DNA of 64,000 nucleotides from NCBI RefSeq assembly GCF_002113885.1, contig NW_018405338.1, positions 353,317 through 417,316 on the forward strand, read 5' to 3'. The notes beneath the pieces are model-generated. The model had not been told where the DNA came from. It saw only the letters and a program-made list of their open reading frames with translations, and ran no database searches. This DNA is from Mizuhopecten yessoensis (Eukaryota). The translations under genes were made by a program, and so were the position numbers. Shown piece by piece: positions 11,678 to 25,600 of this stretch. Each line of letters opens with the position of its first letter. Positions within the stretch are counted from its first letter, which is position 1.

Positions 11678-12740
11678 AGCACAGCTATCAAACAATTTGG
11701 TTAAAGCTTGATAAATGTAATGACTACAACTAAAGTGATATATATGATATTTTGTTACAACACGTACCGTTTCAATGAAATCCTTCTGTTCTAAACTGCT
11801 TCCTCACTGGCGCTAGTTTTAAGGTGAGCTCCTGGCTAGTTCAACGAGGAAATGGTGTTTACCTTATCAGTGTCAAAGGTTAATCCATTCTCTTTAAATC
11901 AGAGCAAAATAAATAATAAAACAACNTAAACTGCTTCTTCACTGGCGCTAGTTTTAAGGTGAGCTCCTGGCTAGTTCAACGAGGAAATGGTTTTTACCTT
12001 ATCAGTGTCAAAGGTTAATCCATTCTCTTTAAATCAGAGCAAAATCAATAATAAAACAATTTGTTGTTCAGACGTTGGGGGAAGCAATGTAAATATTAGA
12101 TTAGAAATAACCTCACAAGATAACCTTATCGTCGTGGAATTCAAAATACTTGTATCGGTAGAGTACAAATCCAATATTGATTTGATGTTCAAAAACGCAT
12201 CCTTTTACCTGTGAAGATTAACCATTTTTGTTACTGTAGATTTTATCATTATTATGTGATGTAGATATTTTTCGCTTTAAAATGTGTATAAATACGCATT
12301 TTTAATGAAACATGAAGAAATCAATACATTTCGTAAACAGACATATATTTCATCTCTGTATTACTCACCACATTGCAAGGTTGGCAAGGAACAAGTGTAC
12401 TTGGACTTGAAGCATTGTCGGCATATGCCAAGATATTTAATCAATTTAAAAAAAAAAGATATCTTCAAAGCCCGTTATCAGAGAAATGTTTTTCTTTATT
12501 GCACAGGTAGTCTTAACAAACCATTAATGCTATAAAAGAATTTCGTGCACACGGCGCTTTTCATAGTCCATCAAAACAGTAAGGTAACCAGTACTCCTCT
12601 GAATAAGTTCAGAAGTTAAAGGGTTTTTAACGCCCCTCCTCTTCTGTTTCAACAATCGTTTTGACAAATTTGTATTTCCAGCTTTTTGGTCCCTAAAAGG
12701 ACAAAACATCTGTATGATGCAATGTAATTCATGTATATAT
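11678..12740 (-). promoter_or_regulatory. Duplicated receptor upstream/leader block in front of the FKRP-like gene (donor at 11767-11766; acceptor at 12210-12209; donor at 12368-12367)
   Basis: Aligns by eye at high identity with 5725-6670 and keeps the same splice signals (AAACG|GTACGT, CACAG|G, AATGTG|GTGAGT). Confidence 0.65.
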
Positions 12741-15186
12741 TACCAATTTGTAAAGGTACAATCACCTTAGAGTAATATGATATATTTGTAATTCCACCAT
12801 CACAGTAAGTCCAATCAGGGTCATACGGAAGTTAAAACGGCCAGTCATTGAGGGTCATACGGTGATCTTAATAGCCCGTCAATACACTAAGGTAATTTAG
12901 GGTACTTTGTAAGAGATCTGTTATGAACATTTAAGTGTATCATTATCGCGTATATGTATGTACTGTTAAATGAAATTCATGAAATTAAAGACAAAAACGT
13001 TTTATGGAGAAGACAGAAAACATCTTTTAAAGACACATAAACCCCTGTTCTCATAAGAATAGTTCATCTGGAATAATTTACAGTGTTAATATGAATTATA
13101 ATTTCGTTGAGCTTTTCAAACTTGATTCCGATACCATTTATATATACTTCCTTCTATTTAGGCCACTCAAATTTGCTAACTCTAAGATGATTTTCCACAA
13201 TGCCTCAACATCTAACATTGAGACAATACAGGCTCTAACGGCCATATATCTTTTCTATGCCCTTAAAAAACAGTGAGTGTAGCATGTGACACTAACTTAA
13301 TTTTTAGAGATCTGTTTAATTGCAACAAATTACAACACTGAAAGTCCTTTCAATATTTTATTACTCTAACAAAATAAAAATTAAACAGATGTAAAAAGAT
13401 AATTTACCCTTTGAACTTTGCATTTTTACAAATACGAAGAAGCTTATCTTTGACTGATATATTCTGACTATATAAATCAACATAACCATTTATAAAAATA
13501 TTTCACTCTCCGTATAAAATTCAAAACAATGAAGTCATGATAATATTAATCTGATTCACAATTTGTCAGAAAACTACATACATAATTTTCTTTCGTCAAA
13601 AATACGTATATTTACTATTATGCTTAATTCGGGAATTTATCTTGCAACAAAACCTCAAGATTAGCAAAAGTAACAGGGCGATAAATACAATAATGAGGTG
13701 ATCCTTTTTCCACCGTTGTACAAAAAATGTAATTAATCAAACAAATAACTAGTAATATAAAACATAACATGTATCACACAGCCACGTCGAACAGTCACCA
13801 TTTTCTCAGCACAATCATGACGTTATAATGGATTGGCAGTAAATCGACGAAACTTTTAAAGGTCATTAATATAAAGAAAATTTGATTCTTTTAAAATGTT
13901 GGAGAAAAGCGAGGTGGCATTGAAATAAATGACATTATATTACAAACTTATTGGAGCATTGTATTGAAATTTGATAGAGATAAGTTGATACTTGTAATTG
14001 TAATGGAATGTACCATGTTCGTTTTCCTCATTATCATTATCCCAAGGATTGATTCAATATATTTGAATACATGATTATCTTTCCACACCTCGCCGTTTGT
14101 CAACCAGTAAAGGCAACAATAAAAGATAATAAAGCCACAATGATCGCATGTATTATGGTGACGTCACTCCTGAAATAGACTGCGGTATCCTGTGGTTACA
14201 CGAACAGTAACTATAAAGTATAGTCTCATACGAAACCGGTACACGCAGAGATTGTTGATCGACATATACCATCTGTCTCCTTCCAGATTGGCCTCTGCAT
14301 GAATATATTCATTGACCCAATTTACTCAGTTAAATCAGTTAAATGTAACAGATGTTTCTTGACAATATTGTATAATGCAAAAAACTTTAATTCATAAATG
14401 AGTCTATAAGACACCAACCTTATTAGAGACACTATTTATCACATTTATAATTATGACAGTCCAAGACAAAAGAAGCATAAGAATGATGTGATGCGTCCCC
14501 GTCGTCAATGATTTTTGTATGGTGTAACTATCAGTTCCTTTTTCAGCTTTTTAGTGCGAAGCAAGCTACACACTACACAGATTAGTACGTTGCTCGTCAT
14601 CTTAACATGTACGTGCAAGATCTGTAATTGTATCGACCTTCAACATTCTGAAAACATAAAACATACCACTGTACATTCTGAAAACATAGATATCATATAT
14701 TACACAATGTGGTCGGCTGTTCACTATTTGAAATTTATAATTCGTCATGGTTACTTTTTTTAGGCAAAGAATGATTTTACTGTTCACAAATACAACAGTC
14801 AATGAATATTCGAACGGAAATTATAAGAATGATGGAAACATATTAAATAAGTCTAGGCCTATTTGATAAGCAGCTGTAATGCTAATATATTGTCGAACAA
14901 CTAATATCGTTATTGTGTGTCCAGGCTATTTTATGCCGTTGAATGATATATACTTCGAGGCAAGGTAAAACTTGAAAATTTTTCTTTTAAATAAAGCTTA
15001 GCGCGTGATTAGTTAACTGCCAAATGATTTAGAATTGTTCAAAACGTTATGAGATTGAAACGTATTATTGTACTATTTATATGGATTTTAGCCTTTATAA
15101 CGACAAATCTGACAATAATGCGAAACAAAATCGGTGGAAGCATGTTAGTACTGACGTAACCATTTGATCATAATAATTTTACATAC

Positions 15187-16572
15187 GTATTGAGGCTCTC
15201 CGATGTTATGGTCCATAGAGGGACGAGGAAAACGGAACACTGGGTTATCAAACTCCTTCTGTGGTCTATCTTCATCTGCAATAAGATATCAATGATGAAC
15301 CACACTAGTCTTGCTTTAATAAAAGTCATAGAAAGTAGCAACGTTATTTCGTGACGTTATACTTCGGTTGGTTGCAGGGATAATGTTAATTTCACATCAT
15401 TCACATCTAATGTCTAACAAACGAAGGACACAATGATATTATTCTTGATATAATCTCATATAAAGAAATAGCGATGGATTGTATTGTAAGTACACATTCA
15501 ATAGCATCTCTCTCGGAATATCATTTCACAGTGTGTTTAGAAGTGACAGGGATAAACAAGCTAAATCTCATATCAAGAGAGTTAAACACGTTGCTTGTTG
15601 TTCATTAATGCTACGACAGATAGAATTGTTTACATAAGCAATCACAGCATTTTATGAAAGGGACATAACTCTAAAGATTTGCTTGTCAGATCCACATTCC
15701 TTCAGTCTGTCATTACATAATATATAAAAAATAGTGTGATAACGTTATTCCAGCCAGTGCCGTGTTAAATTTCCTTTTACACAATAGATACGATCAGCTT
15801 ATTGTATCTTTTTAAATGTTTTTACCTTTAGTATTACCGCTATCGGTGGACTTTGTTTTCATAACCTGTCAAAATAAACATTCAAAAGCAAAAAGAAACA
15901 TTTGATCAATGTATCGACAAAATGTATCATGTCAAAAACAAAATAATATTTAATAATATTAAATTCTGATCGGAGCGGAATGTCATATTATCAATTGTCT
16001 TAGAACTCCCGGAAGTTCATCAACCACTAAAAATTGAGTTCATATTCATTACCTGTAATTTGCTTCCGGTTTTTGAAGACTGTGTTCTGTATTCAAATCG
16101 TTTGATTTTTTTCTCTAAAGCTCTTCTGACCTACATAAAATAAATATGTTGCAACCATGTAGATATAAACAGCACGAAAATACTTTATACCGGGAAACGT
16201 TCACTGAGTCAAACTTACGCCCTACGCCGGTAAATCCTAATTCGCTAGTGTCAATTTCGTCTTTCAAATATGAGTACTATGCTTATCATATCGTTTACTA
16301 ATATTTGCTGTAATGAAGAATTCGCCCCCATTACAGAGGGCCAAATGGCAACAGTTAAACAAAAATGAACATTTACAGGTATACAATATTTTGTGTACAT
16401 TTTATAATTTTTGATCGCAGTTTTAATTGCCCATTTTCTTGGATGTTATCTAAAGGATTTTGATCTCAATGCTAACAGATACTATAATAAGTATGAAAGT
16501 CAACCAGTAGAGGTTCGCTGTATCTTTATTTATTTTTTTGAAATAACAAAATGTATGTAAATACAAAATTAN

Positions 16573-16615
<43 letters not shown>

Positions 16616-19600
16616 CACTGGCACGTTGAAAATACAGTAAAACAGGAATATGAAGAAACCCTGAAAAATGACAAAATAATATGATTAATTATATTTTCTA
16701 TGACATTTTTATATTGGATTTTGAGAATGTAATTTACTATATCAAAATATTTGCATACCTAGAAGTATGTATATGTTAAATTTGTTTGTTTGTTTAAATC
16801 AGAGATGTCTAGTTAGAATAATCACGTTAATCACTTCTCAAGAAATATAACATTTAACTCATTCTCCCCTGAAATTTCATAATGGACTATTCCAACCTTT
16901 GAATAACAAGATTTCAAATGTGTCTTTAGGGGTGAATGAGTTAATTCTTCAAAATCATGAAACGAGTGAGAGTCTAAGTATTTCACTGAAGACACACTTT
17001 CGGTATGCCCAAAGTCGACACAAAAAAAAAGATAAAATCGTGAACCAATGTAATTTAGCATGCATGCCCTCAAAACCAATGTGAACATTTGCACATGCAT
17101 AATATGATGACATCACAATCTGATTACATATAAAATGTGTATATATAACAGAAACGCACACCATCATGCTATGATAACAAAAAGAGGGGAGTATAGATAA
17201 TGGTATCTTGCCTGTAGTGAATTGGTAACAGCAAACAGGTACTGGAATACGATAAGGTCGTCATTAACGGATATAACTCCAAATATCCACGTGACACCCA
17301 AAACCGGAAGTAGCACTGTCAAACTCCTAATCCCTGTGCTGTAAAACACAATAGATGACATCTTCAATAAGATTCATCAGTTTGTAAATATGTAAGCTTG
17401 ACAAAGGGAGCAGTCGGTCTTGAAACGTTGCGACACGGTTAATAGTACATTGTTTGTGTAGAAAGTAAAAATTTGATAGAAGAGATTGCAGAAGAATTTG
17501 GAGCTGTTCAAAAATGAAATGTGAAAATGATACATTTTTTCATGTAGTGTGTAATATCACATTTAAGAATGTTGTAAGAAACATGAATATGACGCCATGT
17601 TCTAAGTCGAAGGGAAACACGGTGGCGTGTTTTTTGTACTTTATTCTAAATGCTTTTGAAGAAATATGTCTGTTTGAATTATTTTGTGACGCATGTAATA
17701 AAAGTTTCTCAAGCGCGTTCCGTTTTTACACACTTTCTTAAACACGCAGAAGGAAGTTTCATAAAAATCGACCCATATGACTTAATCACTTAACGTCATT
17801 GCAAGCATGTTTCCTAAAGTTGACTGTTTTATAACATTTTACGTCGTTCTTATTTACACACTGTTCTTGGATATGACGTCATAATGAATCATCCGAGACA
17901 CGTTATGCTTCATGCTAAATGCTTGGGTCAATTAAAAAATACTCCTGTGATAATTTCATCTGATACACGCTTACTAAAATTAACTAGTCCTTAACATGTT
18001 TGATTAAAAATATTCCAAGTCGAAGTGTTTCAAATTATTCATAAATTTGGTTTATGTTTTACGTCCTATTAACAGCTATGGTCATTTAAGGACGTGCCAT
18101 GTTTTGGTAGTGGAGGAAAGCCGGAGTTCCCGGAGAAATACCCCGATTTCATGTATATCTAAAGTTAATATTTTGTGAAATGAATACACCCGAATTCCGT
18201 ATGAAACTTAAGAATTAAATATATGTACAAACCAAAAGATCAACATTTAATGAGACAGTTTTTTATATTTCTTTTGAACATGTTATTGTTTAGAAAACAA
18301 ATGGATTGGACCACAGGCAAGCCTATATAAGTCCTCTCCATATTTTTATATATATTTTGAAAACAATATGGAACAACTCACACAATTTTCTGTTTTTCTG
18401 TTTTTGTTGCGATGAACTGTGACGAAAACAGAGCTTTCATTACACAGAAAATGACGATGATATTCACCTGTAAAAATAAGCATATCAATACCAGTGGAAG
18501 GGTTATAAGGTTACACGTGCTATCAATATTATTTTTCAAAATTTAATTGCACAAAAATGTTTTTAAAAACAATTAAGCGAAAAAACTTTTTGGTGGTTAA
18601 AAAGAACTATTAGATTAAAAACAATACGTATTTCAGAACAATTCTCTTAAAAATGTACACAACGATATTAAAAGTTTGAAAATTATCAGCAATCGTTTGA
18701 TTGAACTATATAATTGCAAAAGCAATATATAACCCGAAGATATAAAGATCAATAATAATATGCATTCCATTGAGGTGAAATATTGCAATTATTATATAAA
18801 AATCAATAAACACTTGTCATTTGTTATTCCATGCGCAAAGTACATCATACTAGCAAGCTACGTCAATTTTGTATTGTTAAGCGAATGGACATTTCCTTAT
18901 GGCATCTAGCACTCCCAGAAGATTCTGCAGTACTGAATCCCCTTTATGTAAAATTAGATACATTCAATACCTACCAGTATGATACCGACAGCAGGTCCAA
19001 CAAAGGAATATAAGACGCCGTTTGAAAGTGTAAGCCAGCAGCTGTAACAGTGTGTCCGGTAATGTTTACATTTGTGAAATTTTGAAAACTTTGAAATAAA
19101 AAAGGTTTGATTAAAAATAAAACTATATCACTGAAAAGGAAAATTTATAAGAAAAATAAAACTTTTAAACAATATTGAAAATGAATTTTTATAATTGACA
19201 ATATAATTCTATAGTTGATATTAAACTACTATTATAATATTGACAATAGAAATATATAATTGAAAAGAATGGGCGTGTATCGCTCACCTGTTTCTTATGT
19301 TAATTAAATGTAAAATGTTGAAATGTCTCTGTAACATGTTAATTTCTAACCTCCTACAGTAAGGTTTTATATTGAAACGATACATAATAATTTGAAAATT
19401 GTCTAAAACCTACGATGGAGAGTAAATGGACTTAATAGAGTGGTTGTCTTTATAAACAGGTGGTCATTATAGACGGGTATGTATGGAATGTAAACGTAAT
19501 TTGTGGTATCCTAATATTTATAGGCAGGTGTCCTTTACAATAAATTGTGCACTGTACTGATGGGTGGTCGAACGCAGTACATAGTACACTCGGCTGTCAA

Positions 19601-22600
19601 CAAGATGAACTAGGTTCGATTCCCAATCGAAGGAGAAAGTTATTGTGTCACCTGCCAAACAAAAAGGGTTTTCTCTGGAATCTCCGGTTTCTTCCCACAT
19701 TAAGAGCTCCTCCGTGCTTATATCGGGGATTGAATAATATCACTTAATAAATCAGTTTAATTAAAAGAAAAAGAAAATTGCATTCGTCTTTATGATATTT
19801 TTGTAATGTGATTAACAAAACATAAAAAATTAGAGATTTTATCGCCGAATCTTTTAACATTTTTGAGTTCTATGATACACAATACTTCCTAATCAATATT
19901 TCTTTTCAAATTTTATCTATAAAAATTACACTTAATCATCTTATAAGTGTCATCTACCATATTATTTGACTGTTTACGTTGAAATTATTATCGTAAAACC
20001 TGACAACATCCGTTGTATATATATCCAGAGTTTAAAGTCAAGGACAACACAGACTCATCTATTTCAGCCGTTTTTCTTGATCTTGACTTACAACAGGACC
20101 AACAGGGACGACTAAGCTGTACAAAAATCGAGTCGAACTTGAACTTTCCCTTTCTTGATATCAACATCCCTGTTTCCCCTACCTACGATGTTTACATGTC
20201 GTAGTTGATTCGGTACTAAAGAGCCTGATCCGAATATCACGACTTCGGTCATGGATGTGGACTGCTGACTGACAAAATTACAACACAGGGCTTCAAAAGA
20301 TGCAGGTTGATGAAGACTAGGAAAAGTGCTGTAGTCGCCATCAGGATCTCAGAGAGAAATATTCTATTTCTTGGTGTAATATTAAGGCTAATGTTTTTTA
20401 TCATGCTCATTAAAGTGCCTTGTGGTTTTGTTGTAACTATCCGAGTTCTCCATGCGAGGACGTGACATTACTTTGATTCGAGTTAGATTTACATGGCGGT
20501 TGTCATCGATGAATCAGAAGACGGTTATCAGGTTATCCTCCGGAACACCTGGTTTATTCTAATTGTACTTTTGCAAGGGTACCGATGTAAATATTTCCTT
20601 TGTTCATATTTTGCCCTAAGAATATCGATTTTGAGTTTGAATTGTGGTTTTGTTGACACTTCGGTATCCTCTTGTTATTTTTTGGTATAGTATATACTTA
20701 ACTCTTTCAACATAAAACATGCTTACCTCGCTTTAAGTTATGTTTATTTGTCCTATTATATTACCTTTATGGTATAACTGTATTAAAATACTTACTAATC
20801 TTTAGAGTGGTATTTGTTGTTATATTGTATTCCGACCGTCACGCCCACTACCACTAAAGGAACACCTGTAAGTTTGATGGTTGAGTAGCACTCAGATACA
20901 TCAGGCAAACATAGGCCGTGTATGGATATACGAATGAGATATTATTTATTGTTTAAATTTCATTTCATATATAAACAGATACAGCTAACACATGAAATAT
21001 TAATGAGAAGAATATCAAATTAATAAAAACATAGCATGCATACAAACATTGTTCGACAGAAATAATGTCATTGATAAAGCATTACTACAGAATATCTGCA
21101 ATATATTTTAAATCAGTATTTTAGTTTCAAGGTCTAAACAGTTGTATGCAATATTCTCTCTTTAATCTGGCTATTCAAACGGAGCTACATAGAAACGGAG
21201 GTCATAGAAGAAATATGATCAAAACGATATTCGAGTTAAAAAGTGCTTTCTCTTCTTTATATCTGAGTTTGCAAATACCTGGTCAATGTGTCTACTAACC
21301 CCATCCAAGAAGAAGTAACCATCTCAACTTTGACACAGCTTGGTAGACAAATGTCACGGATATGAGAAGTTGAATTCCTTCCGCCAGCATCAAACAAAAC
21401 GTCGACAGGAAAAAGTAGTGTAGCAATGCGGCTATCACGGTACACAGAGTCTACAATTTAAAATACAATTAAACATTTAATTCAGTTCGGTTTAGATTTT
21501 CGCTTTTTCTCATAAAATAATTAAATTCAATACAATCAATCGCTAACACTAGTAAAAAACGTTATCTTCGTTTTAAGAATATAAAAAAAAGTTTTTTAAA
21601 CTTATCACAGTCGAATATAGCGATTGCAAACACCTCAGGTTTTGGGAAAGCAAATAAAGTAAAAGTTTACTACGTCATTAATGTCTTGTTCAAATGTCAA
21701 TTTATGTTTTATGTTTCCAGAGAACATGACTGGGGTTGATACGATATGTCTAACACTATATCAAAGAAACGTCTGTATTGAATAGCGACTGTACTTCTTT
21801 TTAATCTAAATTTCTTCGTGCACTCTTTGAAAAGATTGCTTCATGAAATTGATACATCTTTTTCTTAAACTTTAATTGTCTGGATAAATTTTTCTTGTAT
21901 TTTTATAATAATAAACTAATTTTCTTGTCAAGAACATGACCTACTTTTGTTTGATATCATCGGCAATTTATGGTAAAAATAATTATCAAATATTTATCGT
22001 AACATGCTCATTAATAATTTGACAATTGATTAACTGACATCTTTAGTTAAATTTCTATAACACTACAAAATATGTTGCACATACTTACATTGTCTTGTGT
22101 TTTGTCAATACCCGCAAGAAACAATACATAGGCAATGGTTAGCGCTGCACACAGGTTCAGTAGTAAACGGTTACGGTCACTTTTCAAAAATCTTTAGAAG
22201 CAAAAGATTGGTTAAAAAGAAAATATTCACTTTAATACGAAGTGAGGAAGCATCTTTTAGACAACTTATCAAGCGCATAAAGAAATTCCAATAAAGTTAA
22301 TATTTATTGCAACATATAACGATTGCATCCATTCAGAAGTCATCTAAATATCTAAAGCATGAAATACATAACGAAAGAGTTCTCATAACATATGTAGAAA
22401 TCCTGAAAAGGGAGAAATGTGCCTAAAAATATAAAGCATCAACTTTAAGCTACAAAATATACTTCATATTTAATACCATTTGTATGTAGTTCGTGCGAGA
22501 TATAGTGTTATGAGCCTACTCGTTCATAAACATGTAACTGTCAATTGAAAAGTTAACCTAGTAAATCGCTTATATGTGATCACTCCTACAGTAGGTAAAA

Positions 22601-25600
22601 AATACAAAACAACATGAATATTAAACCATGTAATGAACATCAGCCAACTAACTTTTAATGTTTAGTATTTGTGATTGACTCATTTGAATCTATGCGAAAA
22701 CAATACTTAAATTATAATTGAAGTAAATTATAATATTTTATGTAGCATATGTACCTCCATAGCTTCAGGTATACCACCATTGTTGTCACTGTGGATAACA
22801 CAGACAGGATACAGCCCACAAAACTGATTATCCGGAGAACATAGGAATCCTACAAAACCGTCAAAAGAAACATTATTTTAGAACATTAAAAAATGAATGA
22901 TCAACAACGCGCAGCATATTATCATGAAATTACTTTGAAACACATCGCAATACGTCCGACAATCTTGTGAAACAATTTACGACAATCTATTTAATATTTG
23001 CATGTTTCTCAGTTTGTGTGTAAGCTAGGCTCCGTGAATCCCAACACTACCCCGCAGTCGCAATTGAGGCTAATTGAAGTCTCCGGTCTGTTTGTAACCT
23101 ATATACTAAATTAGATTAGAAATTGAGTTTGTAAACCATATTTGAACCTTTGAAAAAACAAACCTTTACAGTTTGAAAAGAAAGTTTCATCGAATTGCTT
23201 TAAAGAAGATGAAATGGTAGTTTGAGATTATATTTATCACCAATAATGTAGAATAACACGCTTCCCAACAAAGTTAAGGATGTACTCTTCTGAGGTTTCA
23301 ATCACGTTCAAGTCTCGTTTTGATCTGGTGTAATGGGTTTTTGTAATATTTAACAAATTATGATCAAGTTTATAAGCAAACACGCATCTGAAAAATATGT
23401 CAAAATACTAGATGCCTGTTGTTTGTAGAACTTTTTTCACAAGAATTTAAAAAAATTACAAATTCCGCGTCGATTTTGAAAATGTGTATTTCTTGCGTTT
23501 CAAAAAAGGCCAAAATTTCACCTTTTTTGACACTAGATTGATCACTTAAATTGTCACTGTGTCGCCATTTTTAATTGTAGCAGGTTCAATTTTGCTGTAC
23601 AACTTTACAATGTTCAATATTATAAAAATAATATGCAACAAATTGGGAAATTTTCCATTATTGATATTTTTTTTACGTAATTAGTGTAACTGAAGCACTT
23701 TTGATTTTTGACCCCGAAAAAGATAAAATATAACACAAATGATAATGGGACAAAAAAAGAAGCACCCTGACCCCCCATTTTTGTAGATGTTTTAGAAAGA
23801 GAAACACATTTTCATTTAGTTCATTAAATATCAAAAAAAGTTTAATACCAGAATTTTTTATATCAAGCGTTTAATCTGCAAAAAAATGGTAAACAATTAC
23901 TATATTTTCATGAAAAAAAAGGGGGTAGGGGTATTTTAAATCGGCTTTCTGAGTTAAAAAAAATAAGATTAAGAAATTTAACTTCCATAGTTAAAAAGAA
24001 AATAATATTTTCATCAGTTCTATAAACATTCATACATATCTGATAACACACTTGGAAGAAATTGTATGAATTTGTTCTGCAAATGGTCAAAACCCAAAAA
24101 ATCACCTGAAATCACATGTTGTGTTAAATTGGTATCTTGACCGATCATAGCACAAAAACGAACACACCGACATATAGTTTTTTTGCAATTTCTACTATGC
24201 CATTACCTCCTTTTTCAAAAAAAAACATAAAAGAAAAAAAGTTTAATACAGGAAATGTTGGACTTCTCAGAGGTGTACATCCTTAATTAAGTAAAAAAAT
24301 ATTGCTTTTTTGCCTTCAACTGTAAACCCAGGACGTTATCTCATAGGACGTCATCTCATTGTTACTTGTGACGTAACAATGGCTATAAAAGGTTATTTAA
24401 AGAATATCGTTTATTTTTGTCAATTCATCATTAAGTAAGATGCACGTAACACGATCACAGGTGATCGCACCTTAAACATTTTGTAATAGATACAGTTTGT
24501 CAAAAATAGTTTAAACTGAATCATTCAACTGTTTCGTCTTTCTAGGACCCATCGATGATGCTAGGGCCCATAATCTACTGTTGAAACAGAGGGCCAGGTA
24601 CGTGAAATAAAATATCAAATATTTGTACATACCGTCACCTCTATAGGACTGATAAGAACGGCGAAGTTTGTCAGATGTGTACACTGACAGGAACTGTTTA
24701 CCCAGCTACAGCCCTGCGATAACCAGCCCTGTGTTCTGTAAATAGAAAGGTAAATCGAGAACACCTTCCATTAACGTTATTTTTTTACATTTATATCCAA
24801 ACATCAAATTATAAAGGTTCAGATTTGCTACATAGAAAACTGTTACAATTGAATATAGTTATAACCTTTGAAAAACATGTTATTCTAGTCATAGTCAAGT
24901 TGTTGCATGTTACAACAAATTCCACTTAAGGCGTTAGCTTAGCATGCTACAGCATAAAATACCGGGAATGAGATAAGTAAATTTATTTCACTCTAAATCT
25001 ATTATTAATCATTTGCTGAACGCCGGAAGCTTATCATCGCAATCTAATTTATGTCTTTTTCGGCCGTCCGAAATGAGGGCAAAGTGTTCATAACAGCAAA
25101 TAATGATAAACAATTTGATAAGCAAATTAGGTAAAAGTATATGACGAAATTAACACTGGGTAATTTTGGAGTTTACTGGCGTAGTCCATCGTTTCGAATA
25201 TTGTCACCACAATCCGCAATATCCGATGACGCATGAATTGTTTTGATTACATTTCACTTCCGGTTATACATTTATACATTATAGCTCATTGCAATATCTG
25301 TACAATCTATGCTATACTTACTCGTTCCAGAATACACATTTCTTCCTTGTGTTGTCCGTCAGGTTATTCTGATAAGAAAGATGGAAGTATTTTACCGCAC
25401 ATATGTTTTACAAATTCTGGTGAATGCTAGAATCTTGACGATATTGATACACACATGCATACGTGTTCAATGTCAACAGTTTGTAGCCTTTGATATGACA
25501 AAAAATAGTAAATTAATCGTAGGGGACAACTATGCATTCTATTGCATTTTATAAAGAACGCTTTATATTCGAAAATATAACGTGACAATATTATTGGTTT

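Noticed and set aside
11791-12060. ~135-bp tandem duplication inside the duplicated leader block
   Set aside because: The copies are joined by a single N at 11926 and the 5.8 kb homolog has only one copy, so an unmerged contig overlap is the likely cause.
14150-14570. A definite last coding exon for aGPCR-B
   Set aside because: Several weak alternatives exist (LASH* at ~14565, RPIWKETDGVTSP* via 14294-14270 plus 14169-14153, or read-through), and they cannot be separated without transcripts.
16571-16612. Long poly(A) run as a retrocopy tail
   Set aside because: It contains an N join, has no attached element or TSD, and sits directly after the TM7 exon donor as an intronic poly(T) tract of uncertain length.
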